From Desulfosporosinus sp. Tol-M (GTDB lineage: Bacteria; Bacillota; Desulfitobacteriia; Desulfitobacteriales; Desulfitobacteriaceae), in the NCBI GenBank assembly GCA_000770645.1, contig JQID01000127.1, positions 10,194 to 74,193 of the forward strand: a DNA stretch of 64,000 bases, in the 5' to 3' direction. This document shows positions 40,539 through 49,670 of this stretch, in pieces. Both the position numbers and the translations under genes were made by a program. Within the stretch, counting starts at the first letter, position 1, and each line of letters begins with the position of its first letter. The notes beneath the pieces were generated by a model, which worked only from the letters and a program-made list of their open reading frames with translations, did not search any database and was not told the origin of the DNA.

Positions 40539-41990
40539 ATGTCCTCGTGTCTTCATGTTATGGGCTTAGGTCCTTCCGGACTTGAACAGTTAACCATTGG
40601 AAACTACCGTCGTATATGCGGTGCGAAGAAGATTTTTGCACGAACTTTAGAGCATACCTGTGTTCAGGAATTGATGGCCGAGGGTATATGTGTAGAATCA
40701 TTTGATGAGATCTATGCCACGAAACCTTCCTTCGAGGAGGTGTATGAAAGCATTACCGAGCAGTTGCGTAAAGAGTTGGGAAAGGGCTCTGAGGTTATCT
40801 ACGTGGTTCCTGGACATCCCATGGTTGCTGAGAAGACAGTACAACTTATCATCGAAAAGCTTGCGCAGGAATATGAGGTAGTGATTCATCCGGCAATGAG
40901 CTTTATAGATGAAATTTTTAGAGCCTTAAAGTTCGACCCGATTGACGGGGTACTAATACGAAATAATGATGCGCTAAAAGATGTTGGACTGACGGGAAAG
41001 GAATGGCTGATTATTCCCCAAGTGTATAATAAATTAATTGCCTCAGAGGTCAAATTGGACCTCATGAGTTCTTATCCGGATGATGCATGGGTGTATATTA
41101 CAAAAGCCCTTGGCACCCCCGGCGAACAGGTGGACAAGCTTCCACTCTTCAAGATGGATCATGGGACCTACGATCATTTGACGACGATAATTTTGCCGCC
41201 GAACTCAGATGTTATCTCCTTTTCCAGGTTGACCAAAGTAATGGCTTTATTGCGTTCTGAGCAAGGGTGTGCATGGGACATTGAACAGACACATGATACA
41301 TTAAAACCGTATCTGATTGAAGAAAGTTATGAAGTTCTCGACGCAATAGAGAAAAATGATATGTATAATTTGTGCGAAGAGTTGGGAGACTTATTAATGC
41401 AAGTTGTTTTTCATGCTCAACTTGCTTCAGAAGCTAGGGAATTCGATATTCAAGACGTACTTCAAGGGGTCATTCATAAACTGATTCGCAGGCATCCCCA
41501 TGTTTTCGGGGAGGAGAAGGTAGAGTCCTCCGATGATGTGATCTTGACTTGGGATAGAATTAAGCAGCTAGAGAAGACAAGCGGAAATGATGAGTTAGCT
41601 TTTTTCAATGATCCTTTAGGGTTACCGGCACTCATGTGGGCCTCTTCAACCCAACGTAGAGTGGCTAAGGTCGGGTTTGACTGGTCAAATATTGATGGGC
41701 CTTTGGGGAAAGTGCAGGAGGAATTACAAGAGCTGAAAAGTGCTTTGTCTAAGGGTATAGGAATACGGGAAGAATTAGGCGATTTGATGTTTTCCATTGT
41801 CAATTTATCTCGATTTTTAAAGTTTGATGCGGAAGAAGTTCTAAGGGATACCATACATAAGTTTCAACGTCGTTTCCTGAAAATGGTTGAATTAACTCGA
41901 AAAGACGGTCTGGATTTAGAACAATTACCTCTGGATGAAATGGATGTGTTTTGGGAAAAAGCTAAATCTCAAGAAAAAGTGGTAAATTAA
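40539..41990 (+). CDS. mazG: YabN: tetrapyrrole methylase-like domain fused to MazG NTP pyrophosphohydrolase
   Basis: GLGP, YVVPGHPMVAE; GCAWD.EQTH, EELGDLL.QVVFH, KLIRRHPHVF. Confidence 0.93.
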   Translation: MSSCLHVMGLGPSGLEQLTIGNYRRICGAKKIFARTLEHTCVQELMAEGICVESFDEIYATKPSFEEVYESITEQLRKELGKGSEVIYVVPGHPMVAEKTVQLIIEKLAQEYEVVIHPAMSFIDEIFRALKFDPIDGVLIRNNDALKDVGLTGKEWLIIPQVYNKLIASEVKLDLMSSYPDDAWVYITKALGTPGEQVDKLPLFKMDHGTYDHLTTIILPPNSDVISFSRLTKVMALLRSEQGCAWDIEQTHDTLKPYLIEESYEVLDAIEKNDMYNLCEELGDLLMQVVFHAQLASEAREFDIQDVLQGVIHKLIRRHPHVFGEEKVESSDDVILTWDRIKQLEKTSGNDELAFFNDPLGLPALMWASSTQRRVAKVGFDWSNIDGPLGKVQEELQELKSALSKGIGIREELGDLMFSIVNLSRFLKFDAEEVLRDTIHKFQRRFLKMVELTRKDGLDLEQLPLDEMDVFWEKAKSQEKVVN

Positions 41991-42081
41991 TGTAATATAG
42001 ATGATAAAAAGCAGGAGATTGATTATTTATCACGAAATATAGAGTGTCGTGATAAGATCAGTTATTTAGGAGGGACTATTT

Positions 42082-42357
42082 TTGAATAAGGCTGAATTAA
42101 TTAGTGCTGTTGCTGAGAAGGCGGACATGTCCAAGAAGGATGCCGAAAAGGCTGTTAGTGCCGTTTTTGCTACAATCGAGCAATCCTTGGCACAAAGCGA
42201 AAAAGTCCAACTGGTTGGTTTTGGGACGTTCGAAGTCAAAGATCGTGCGGAACGGACGGGAAGAAATCCTCAAACGAAGGAAACTATCTTGATTCCAGCG
42301 GCTAAGGTACCCGGTTTCAAGGCAGGGAAGGCTCTTAAAGAAGCGGTCCAAAAATGA
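42082..42357 (+). CDS. hup: Histone-like DNA-binding protein HU
   Basis: [28 protein letters not shown]. Confidence 0.98.
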   Translation: MNKAELISAVAEKADMSKKDAEKAVSAVFATIEQSLAQSEKVQLVGFGTFEVKDRAERTGRNPQTKETILIPAAKVPGFKAGKALKEAVQK

Positions 42358-42377
42358 GTCTGCGGACATTATTACAG

Positions 42378-42412
42378 AATCAGGTTCCAGGTCCTTTCTG
42401 GAGCCTGATTTT
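42378..42412 (+). terminator. Terminator after hup
   Basis: aatcaggttccag...ctggagcctgatttt. Confidence 0.7.
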
Positions 42413-42442
42413 GCGTATCACAATGAGGAAGGGTATGCATGT

Positions 42443-42706
42443 ATGCGGATCGATAAATATTTAAAAGTTTCTCGCCTGATAAAGCGACGCACGGTTGCCA
42501 AAGATGTCTGTGTTGGGGAAAAGATCGCAATAAACGGACGGGTAGTAAAACCCTCGGCGGAAGTCAAGATCGGGGACCGCATCACCCTGGAAATGGGGAA
42601 ACATATTCTCGAAGTCCAGGTCTTGGCGACTCCGAACAGTGTAAGGGCTAATGAAGCGCAAACCCTCTACGAATTGATTCGTGATGAAAGAAAGGCCGAG
42701 TCTTAA
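42443..42706 (+). CDS. yabO: S4-domain protein YabO/RqcP (Hsp15-like)
   Basis: MRIDKYLKVSRLIKRRTVAK. Confidence 0.95.
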   Translation: MRIDKYLKVSRLIKRRTVAKDVCVGEKIAINGRVVKPSAEVKIGDRITLEMGKHILEVQVLATPNSVRANEAQTLYELIRDERKAES

Positions 42707-43051
42707 GGTAATTCGTCGAGTATATTATAGGGAGTTTTGCTAAATGCGGAGGTTGCAAGACAACATAGAAACTATCCGATTGATGCCGCAGTGATAAATA
42801 TGTTTGTACAGAAATACAAAGCTTTGTAAATGCAATATGGTATGCTCCAAAGAAGGCACTCAAAAGAGTGCATTCTTATAAGACATAATTTGATGGTTGA
42901 ACTTTTAGTTTAACCATTTTTTCTGCTTGATTCAATATCTGTTATTAAGGAAAAGCAAGTATTTGGGAGAATGAACAGCCTCCCCCCCTTGACCGAGTAT
43001 GTCGGGCTAAATCTAGTGAGTACCCACCCCCGTTCCGAACCTCCCCGTCAA

Positions 43052-43285
43052 CCAAGCCCGAGGAAGTTTCTTAGCTTAGGAAGCACGGAGAGAGGAATCG
43101 CGTAATGAGCGCAGTCGATAAGGTGAAGAAACTCAACGGTTCACTTGCAGAAAGCCCAGAGGTTTTGAGTTTTAGCCTTAGCGACAAGTGAATAGCGATG
43201 GAACACGATAGTCTCCGGTGGAGACTATCGCCAAGGCGCAGACCCACGACGATCACTTATCGCCGCAGGTTGCTAAGACCGTGCT
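43052..43285 (+). ncRNA. Candidate pseudoknotted structured RNA or structured repeat, copy 1 (strand uncertain)
   Basis: Six complementary segments including crossing stems; homologous to 58069-58225 with compensatory changes. Confidence 0.6.
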
Positions 43286-43361
43286 AATAAACTGACTCCC
43301 CTTCTAAAGGACGTGCAAGGTGAATAGGGTTTAAGAAGAAAAAGAGTTAGGGGGATGGGGC

Positions 43362-43640
43362 ATGGCGGACAAAGTTGGCAAGGGACATCGCCTTGTCATG
43401 GAAAATCGAGAACAAATTGCCTTGACAGGAGTACGGAAGGTGCAGTCCTTTGGCCCCAAGGAAATTGTTCTTGAAACTGAACTTGGGATATTGAGTATCA
43501 AAGGGGAACAGCTGGGTATCAAACTGCTTAATCTCGAAGAGGGTCTGATTGATCTTCAGGGCCAGGTCGGTGCTTTAATCTATCATCGCAATACGAGTGG
43601 TGACTCCCGTCAAGGATTAATGAACCGGATTTTTCGTTAA
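43362..43640 (+). CDS. yabP: Sporulation protein YabP
   Basis: HRLVMENRE..LTGV..V.SF...IVLETELG.L.IKG; synteny. Confidence 0.92.
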   Translation: MADKVGKGHRLVMENREQIALTGVRKVQSFGPKEIVLETELGILSIKGEQLGIKLLNLEEGLIDLQGQVGALIYHRNTSGDSRQGLMNRIFR

Positions 43641-43675
43641 TAAGCCTCCATCGTCAGAAGAGAGGAGGAAGAGCA

Positions 43676-44182
43676 ATCTCAGAATTCGTGACGTTTTTTT
43701 GGGTAATTGTGGCTGGAGCAGCCGTTGGCTTTGTTTTTGACTTTTATCGTTCTTTTCGACGTTGGCAAGGCTGGGGACAGGTTTTGACCTTTATAGGGGA
43801 TATATTCTTTTCACTTGCGGCATTGTATATTCTTTTCAACTTTTTTGAAAGAGCAAATGCGCTAGCCTTTCGTTTTTATATTATTTGGGGTAGCGTGCTG
43901 GGGTTGGTCCTATATTTAAGATTATTGAGCCGCTTTTCCGTACGCTTCTATTTTGGACTCTATAGGGTTATAAACTACCTTGCAGAACTTATCTATAGGG
44001 GGATAAAGATTCCAATAAGGGGGCTTGTTCTTATTATGCGGCCGCCCTATGCGATATTGGAATGGTTTAGCATGCTTCTCTATCGAATCGGAGAGTTTTT
44101 CCTTCTAGAACTAATCACGTATATCAAAAAGAAGCTGAAAGGGTGGTGGAATAATCTCATACCACCTAGGATAAATAGATGA
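43676..44182 (+). CDS. yabQ: Spore cortex protein YabQ (start ambiguous: ATC 43676 or GTG 43688)
   Basis: GFVFDFYR, GDIFF, RFYI..G..LG..LY; synteny. Confidence 0.88.
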   Translation: MSEFVTFFWVIVAGAAVGFVFDFYRSFRRWQGWGQVLTFIGDIFFSLAALYILFNFFERANALAFRFYIIWGSVLGLVLYLRLLSRFSVRFYFGLYRVINYLAELIYRGIKIPIRGLVLIMRPPYAILEWFSMLLYRIGEFFLLELITYIKKKLKGWWNNLIPPRINR

Positions 44183-44197
44183 ATTTTAACAGAGGGA

Positions 44198-44308
44198 TTG
44201 ATTACCTAAGAGGGAATGGCTATAATGAAGTTATATTAATTAATTGTCCATAGTATGTAAATGTTTTGTAGGTGGTTTGTCCACATATTTATCCACACTT
44301 GTGGATTA
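44198..44308 (+). promoter_or_regulatory. Sigma-A promoter followed by a DnaA-box cluster
   Basis: TTGATT-17-TATAAT (44198-44226); TTGTCCACA 44277, TTATCCACA 44289, inverted TGTGGATTA 44300, weaker TTGTCCATA 44244. Confidence 0.7.
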
Positions 44309-44331
44309 CTTATCAGCAAGGGTGTGCCACA

Positions 44332-44574
44332 GTGCAAATAGAAATTCGGGGTTTGGAAAAACTAAGTTTTCGGGAACGCCAAGCGGTGATCCTCAAAGAA
44401 AGTGGAAAATCTTTTGAAAACATCGCCAAACAACTCCATCTCAGTCAGAGTTCTGTGGCAACTTTATTAACCCGTGCAAGAAGCAAAGGGTATGAGATTG
44501 TTTGTATTATTCCAGGCGGGGAGCTTGGTTTAGGGGGAGGGGAACTGGATGAAGAGGGCTCGTCAGAAGATTAA
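44332..44574 (+). CDS. Small sigma-70 region 4/LuxR-like HTH protein
   Basis: LSFRERQAVILKESGKSFENIAKQLHLSQSSVATLLTRARSK; GTG after aagggtg. Confidence 0.75.
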   Translation: MQIEIRGLEKLSFRERQAVILKESGKSFENIAKQLHLSQSSVATLLTRARSKGYEIVCIIPGGELGLGGGELDEEGSSED

Positions 44575-44860
44575 AACTCAAAATCGACCGAGGGTTCGAC
44601 TTCGTTGCGGTACTATTTTCGTTCTATGCTTTATGATCGCTGTAGTCGGAAGCTCCGCATGGCAGATATGGAAACTTCATTCTAAGGTAGAAGGACAATT
44701 AGCCCATTTGAATCAAGAAAAGATAACCTTACTTCAACAGGAACAACTTCTTAACGATGAAATTGCGCAATTAAACAATCCAAGTTACATCGAAAAATTA
44801 GCCCGAGAGCAGTTGGGACTTGTAAAACGAGGTGAAATTCTCATTTCTCCCAAGAATTAG
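44549..44860 (+). CDS. divIC: Septum formation initiator DivIC/FtsB family
   Basis: TM plus coiled coil plus YIEKLAREQLGLVKRGE. Confidence 0.92.
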   Translation: MKRARQKIKTQNRPRVRLRCGTIFVLCFMIAVVGSSAWQIWKLHSKVEGQLAHLNQEKITLLQQEQLLNDEIAQLNNPSYIEKLAREQLGLVKRGEILISPKN

Positions 44861-44958
44861 TACCTACATGGGGCTCATAACCTTGACAGGCGTGAAATGT
44901 GCTGCATATAATAGAGAGTAGATATAGATAGATCATCACAAGGAGGAGTTTACTTCGT

Positions 44959-45348
44959 ATGGCCATTGACGTTGGCAGTATTGTTGAAGGAGTCGTTACT
45001 GGGATCACGAATTTCGGAGCATTTATTGAGTTACCGGATAGAGTAACCGGTCTCGTACATATCTCAGAAGTCGCGGATGCCTATGTCAAGGATGTCCGAG
45101 ATTATTTAAAGGAACAGGATCATGTTAAAGTAAAGGTTATTCATGTTGATGAAAAAGGAAAAATTGGACTCTCAATCAAACAAGCAAATCCCACTGTTCG
45201 TAATGTGGGTCGTGAACGCCGTCTTCCACCAACGGTGTCCTTTGAGGATAAATTGGCTAAGTTTATAAAAGACAGTGATGAGCGTCAGACAGAATTTCGT
45301 CGTGCAACAGACTCTAAACGTGGAGGCAGAGGTTCAAGTAGATCTTAG
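44959..45348 (+). CDS. yabR: S1 RNA-binding protein YabR
   Basis: GVVTGITNFGAF, GLVHISEVA, SFEDKLAKF.KDS; TTGACA-18-TATAAT at 44883. Confidence 0.93.
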   Translation: MAIDVGSIVEGVVTGITNFGAFIELPDRVTGLVHISEVADAYVKDVRDYLKEQDHVKVKVIHVDEKGKIGLSIKQANPTVRNVGRERRLPPTVSFEDKLAKFIKDSDERQTEFRRATDSKRGGRGSSRS

Positions 45349-45353
45349 GTTGT

Positions 45354-45375
45354 AACCGCCGGAAGGCGGTTTTTT
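45354..45375 (+). terminator. Terminator after yabR
   Basis: aaccgcc-ggaa-ggcggtttttt. Confidence 0.8.
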
Positions 45376-45382
45376 ATACGTA

Positions 45383-45525
45383 TCAGACTACCATGCCGCT
45401 TTGCGGCACCACTGATGAATGAAAATAGGTCATTTTCAGGGCAGAAAGTATAAGTTTTGGGTCCCCCTTTACTTGACGTATAAATACTATCTCTTGGGGA
45501 GTAACCCCGCTGAGTAAGTTTTCTT
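45383..45525 (+). repeat. Intergenic repeat family A, longest copy
   Basis: tcagactaccatgccgc...ctgatgaatgaaaataggtcattttcagggcagaaagtataagttttgggt...aagttttctt. Confidence 0.85.
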
Positions 45526-45629
45526 CATGAAAATGCAGGTATATTTAGGAGAGCCATAGGGTTATCCCAAAGTATTCGCGAGATTTATTATGAACTGCGT
45601 CGAAAGTTGTTGCGCATGAGTGACTTTAC

Positions 45630-45662
45630 TAGACAAGCTTTGCCATCTATGTAGGCTATAAT
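45630..45662 (+). promoter_or_regulatory. Spo0A-activated-type sigma-A promoter of spoIIE
   Basis: TAGACA-21-TATAAT; the over-long spacer matches the B. subtilis spoIIE/spoIIG promoter type. Confidence 0.5.
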
Positions 45663-45692
45663 ATTACCATAAAATGGGCAAGGGGTGATATT

Positions 45693-47780
45693 ATGGCAGA
45701 ATGGGCAACGTTGAAATTAGATCAAGGCCTGCGTAGCAGGATTTCAATCGAAAGTGCGGTTTTTCCACTATTATTGGGAGGGTTGTTGGCACGGGGCAGC
45801 ATTTTGGGCTTATATCCCTTCGGGGTTGCGTTCGGGTCGGCCTTGCTCATGAGGGGAGAGAGGGGGGCAATATTCGGCATTCTCGGTATTCTCATTGGTG
45901 TCATTTCACTGGGTGACGTATCCTTTACATTACAAGTTGGGATAATGTTAGCAGTTTTGACGGTGCTTATACCCGCTTTGCGCAATAAAAAGCACGAGGG
46001 GATATATTTGGCTGCCTTGACAGGTTTACTGGTAGCCTTAATTTCTTCTCTAGCTATAAGCCTAGCAAAGCCCAATCTCTATGCATTTTTCTCAGTCGGC
46101 CTTCATAGTGTACTTGCTGGAGGGTTTACGATCATTTTTCGGTATGCAATGTGTCATCAGGAGGCTATCTGGAGAGGTGAATTCCAGCGTGAACAAGGAA
46201 TTGCCTGGCTTGTAATTCTTATCGGTGTGATTAGTGGTCTCCAAGGGGTACTGATTTTGGGGATAAATTTCTCCGTGGTATGTTTAAGTTTTTTTATTCT
46301 ATTTGTTTCAGAGCGGTACGGAGCAGGGACTTCGGCAGGTGTTGGAGCAATACTGGGTTTTATGCCCCAATTAACCAGTATCAATACCCAAAATTTAATG
46401 GATGCGGGGATCTACGGTTTAGCGGGTTTTTGTACGGGTGTATTTCGCCGGTTTGGCAAGTTAGGAATAGGAACGGCATTCATTGCTGTTATGCTGATGC
46501 TAACGGTCTTTTTGAGACAAGAGGCAATCTATACGCAACTTATTTCCTCTATAGTTGGTTTATTTTTATTTCTTCTATGGCCGGGAGCAACTTCCCAAAA
46601 TAATTTTTCGAAACCACAGATAATTCCTGAGGTAGAAACCACTGTTTCCAAGGTAAAGACACTGGCGGAAATCTTTGATCAAATTGCTCTGAGCTATCAA
46701 GCGGCTGAGGCGGAATCTTTCGAGATGCGCCCAGAAATTGCCGAACTGATGAATGTTTTGGTTGAACGTGTATGTCATTCATGCCCGACCATGGATGCTT
46801 GTTGGAACCGAGAGTTTTATAAAACCTACCATATTTTCCTCGATCTTTTTGGCTTGGTAGAGAATGATACAGATGTCAAATTACAGACTTTACCGATCGA
46901 ATGGAAACGTCATTGCGGACGACTAAAAGAAATGCTATTGGGAGTGCAATTTATTATTGAGCAAGAGAAGAACCAGGAAATATGGCGTCGTCGTCTGCTC
47001 CTCAATCAAGAGGCTTTGTCTCGTCAGTTTCTCAACGTTTCGCAGGTCATCGGAAATCTTGCCAAAGAACTTCATTCACAGCATAACTGGGAAGTAGTAA
47101 AACCATCAAATTTAGCTCGCCGCCGTCGCCACTTTCTGGATGTGGGTGTAACTACATTTACGAAAACTGGAAACGGAATGAGTGGGGATAACTATGCTTC
47201 TATAGCATTCTCGTCAACTCAGCATGCCTTTATTTTAAGTGATGGAATGGGTGTCGGGGAGAATGCTTCTAAGATGAGTGCTACTGCGTTAACCCTCCTT
47301 GAGCAACTTCTTACTACAGGGTTTGAACCGGAAGGCGCAATTCAAGCACTTAACTCCATCCTGGTCTTGCGTTCCCCGGAAGAAAGTTTCGTAACAATTG
47401 ATATGGCAATTTTAGATTTAGAATCTCCTAATCTAAAGTTAGTTAAAGTGGGAGCGTCCGCCTCCTACCTGGTCGGTGAAGATGGCGTGAAATCTTTTGC
47501 ATCGTCAAGCCTTCCGGCTGGTATCTTAAACCAGATTGATATACCTGTTATTGAGGCGGAGATGCAGAGCGGGGAAACGCTGATTTTATTGACGGATGGG
47601 GTACAAGACGTTTCAAAAGAAGGGACGGATTGGATTCGGGATTTTCTGGAGAAAACTACGATAGATAAATCTCAGGACATTGCTGACCTTATCGGACAGG
47701 AAGCACGCCGTTTGAGCGGGGGAGTCTTAGATGACGATGGAATTATCTTAGTTATACGAAAGAACTATTGGAACGAGTAG
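45693..47780 (+). CDS. spoIIE: Stage II sporulation protein E (PP2C phosphatase)
   Basis: Multi-TM N-terminus, CxxC..CW, SGDNY, LSDGMG, TDGV, DD; synteny. Confidence 0.93.
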   Translation: MAEWATLKLDQGLRSRISIESAVFPLLLGGLLARGSILGLYPFGVAFGSALLMRGERGAIFGILGILIGVISLGDVSFTLQVGIMLAVLTVLIPALRNKKHEGIYLAALTGLLVALISSLAISLAKPNLYAFFSVGLHSVLAGGFTIIFRYAMCHQEAIWRGEFQREQGIAWLVILIGVISGLQGVLILGINFSVVCLSFFILFVSERYGAGTSAGVGAILGFMPQLTSINTQNLMDAGIYGLAGFCTGVFRRFGKLGIGTAFIAVMLMLTVFLRQEAIYTQLISSIVGLFLFLLWPGATSQNNFSKPQIIPEVETTVSKVKTLAEIFDQIALSYQAAEAESFEMRPEIAELMNVLVERVCHSCPTMDACWNREFYKTYHIFLDLFGLVENDTDVKLQTLPIEWKRHCGRLKEMLLGVQFIIEQEKNQEIWRRRLLLNQEALSRQFLNVSQVIGNLAKELHSQHNWEVVKPSNLARRRRHFLDVGVTTFTKTGNGMSGDNYASIAFSSTQHAFILSDGMGVGENASKMSATALTLLEQLLTTGFEPEGAIQALNSILVLRSPEESFVTIDMAILDLESPNLKLVKVGASASYLVGEDGVKSFASSSLPAGILNQIDIPVIEAEMQSGETLILLTDGVQDVSKEGTDWIRDFLEKTTIDKSQDIADLIGQEARRLSGGVLDDDGIILVIRKNYWNE

Positions 47781-47909
47781 CATTAGGGTCAACCCAGGTA
47801 CTTAAATCAGGTAGCAAGCAGGAAAAAGAAAATATTTATCGAATCGTAGTTCAGGAGGAAGAACAAAAATCGGAGAAAAAACAAAAATTTGAGTAAAGGA
47901 GGGGATTTA

Positions 47910-49670
47910 ATGGTTTGGGATGCAACTGTACTAAAGGATTGACTGATTGCCGAAGAGGCCGAAAAAAACATGCCCACTATTGATGAATTGATTGAAAGAC
48001 TGTCACTCGAAAAAGATGAGCTGATTCCTTACAGAAGAACACCAAAAGTGGACTTTTTGAAATTGATGGGTCGCCTCAAGGATAAATCAGATGGCAAATA
48101 TATTGAAGTTACCGCTATTACACCGACACCTTTAGGCGAAGGAAAAACGACCACTACTATAGGTCTGATTGAAGGACTTGCCAAGAGAGGTATGAATTCC
48201 GGCGGGGCAATACGACAGCCTTCTGGCGGACCGACTATGAATATTAAGGGGACTGCTGCCGGCGGTGGAAATGCTCTATTAATACCAATGACTGAGTTTT
48301 CCTTAGGACTAACCGGGGATATCAATGATATTATGAATGCCCACAACCTTTGTATGGTCGCTCTTAATGCCAGGATGCAGCATGAGGCTAACTATACTGA
48401 TGAAGAGTTAAGTAAACGAGGCTTGACCCGTTTAGACATAGATCCGAAGAATGTAGAAATGGGCTGGGTTATTGATTTCGCAGCTCAAGGCTTGAGAAAT
48501 ATCATAATGGGTATTGGTGGAAAAAAAGATGGTTTCCAAATGCAATCAAAATTTGGTATTGCCCCTGGTTCAGAGTTGATGGCTATTTTGGCAATTGCCA
48601 AAGATCTTACCGACATAAGAGAGCGGATGAGCAATATTATTGTTGCTTATAGTAAAACAGGTAAGCCGGTTACTACCAAAGATTTGGAAGTAGACGGAGC
48701 TATGACCGCCTGGATGCGTAACACGATTAATCCGACGATTTGTTATACAGCTGAAGGTCAACCGATTATGGTTCATGCCGGTCCGTTCGCCAATATTGCT
48801 ATTGGACAATCTTCAGTTATCGCTGACCGACTTGGTCTGAAGATGTTTGATTATCATGTTACTGAAAGTGGATTTGCGGCAGATATTGGTTTTGAAAAGT
48901 TCTGGAACGTTAAAGTTCGCCTGGGCGAACTTAAACCAAATGTTTCTGTCCTTGTGGCCACAATTCGAGCCTTGAAAATGCACGGAGGCGGACCGGCTGT
49001 GGTAACTGAGCATCCGTTACCCGATGTGTACGTCGAAGAGAATCTTGAACTCGTGGAAAAAGGGTGCGCTAACCTACTTCACCATCTTGAAGTTGTTAAG
49101 AAATCGGGGATTATCCCTGTAGTATGTATTAATAGCTTCTTCACTGATACCGAAGCAGAAATTAACCTGGTTAAGAAAATTGTTAACGCGGCAGGGGCGC
49201 GTTGTGCCCACTCCAATCATTGGCTTAAAGGCGGAGAGGGTGCCTTAGAATTAGCGGATGCCGTTATTGATGCTTGTAACGAACCTGTAGATTTCAAATT
49301 CCTCTATCCGTTGGAGATGCCTCTCCGGCAACGGGTTGAACTCATTGCCAAAGAGGTTTACGGTGCAGACGGCGTAGATTGGTATCCGGAAGCCGAAGCG
49401 AAAGCTAAGCGCTTTGAAAGAGATCCGAATTATGCAGATTTCTCCACAATGATGGTCAAAACCCATTTAAGCTTATCTCATGATCCTGCGTTAAAAGGAG
49501 TACCGAAGGGCTGGAGATTACCAATTCGTGATATCTTAGTTTATGGTGGAGCCAAATTTCTTTGCCCCATGGCTGGGACAATCACTTTAATGCCTGGTAC
49601 AGGTTCCGATCCTGCTTATAGAAGAATTGACGTTGATACCAAAACCGGTAAAGTTAGGGGCTTGTTCTAG
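47910..49670 (+). CDS. fhs: Formate--tetrahydrofolate ligase with in-frame TGA at codon 11 (possibly pseudogene or restarted at 47970)
   Basis: [46 protein letters not shown]; RBS aaaggagggg before ATG 47910. Confidence 0.9.

Noticed and set aside
42707-42950. Possible gene remnant between yabO and the structured element (ORF 42648-42863)
   Set aside because: No recognisable motif in any frame, so a call cannot be supported
43052-43285. Group I/II intron or tRNA interpretation of the structured element
   Set aside because: No GUGCG 5' end or domain V, no P7 R/S motifs, no cloverleaf, and it does not interrupt a gene
45410-45440. CTGATGA-at-GAAA in repeat family A resembles a hammerhead ribozyme core
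   Set aside because: Only 2 nt where stem II should be, no stem I pairing, and the motif is not kept in the 28413 and 40356 copies
47940-47942. TGA in fhs as selenocysteine
   Set aside because: Context suggests Trp rather than Cys, FTHFS is not a known selenoprotein, and no convincing SECIS hairpin follows (A-rich sequence)
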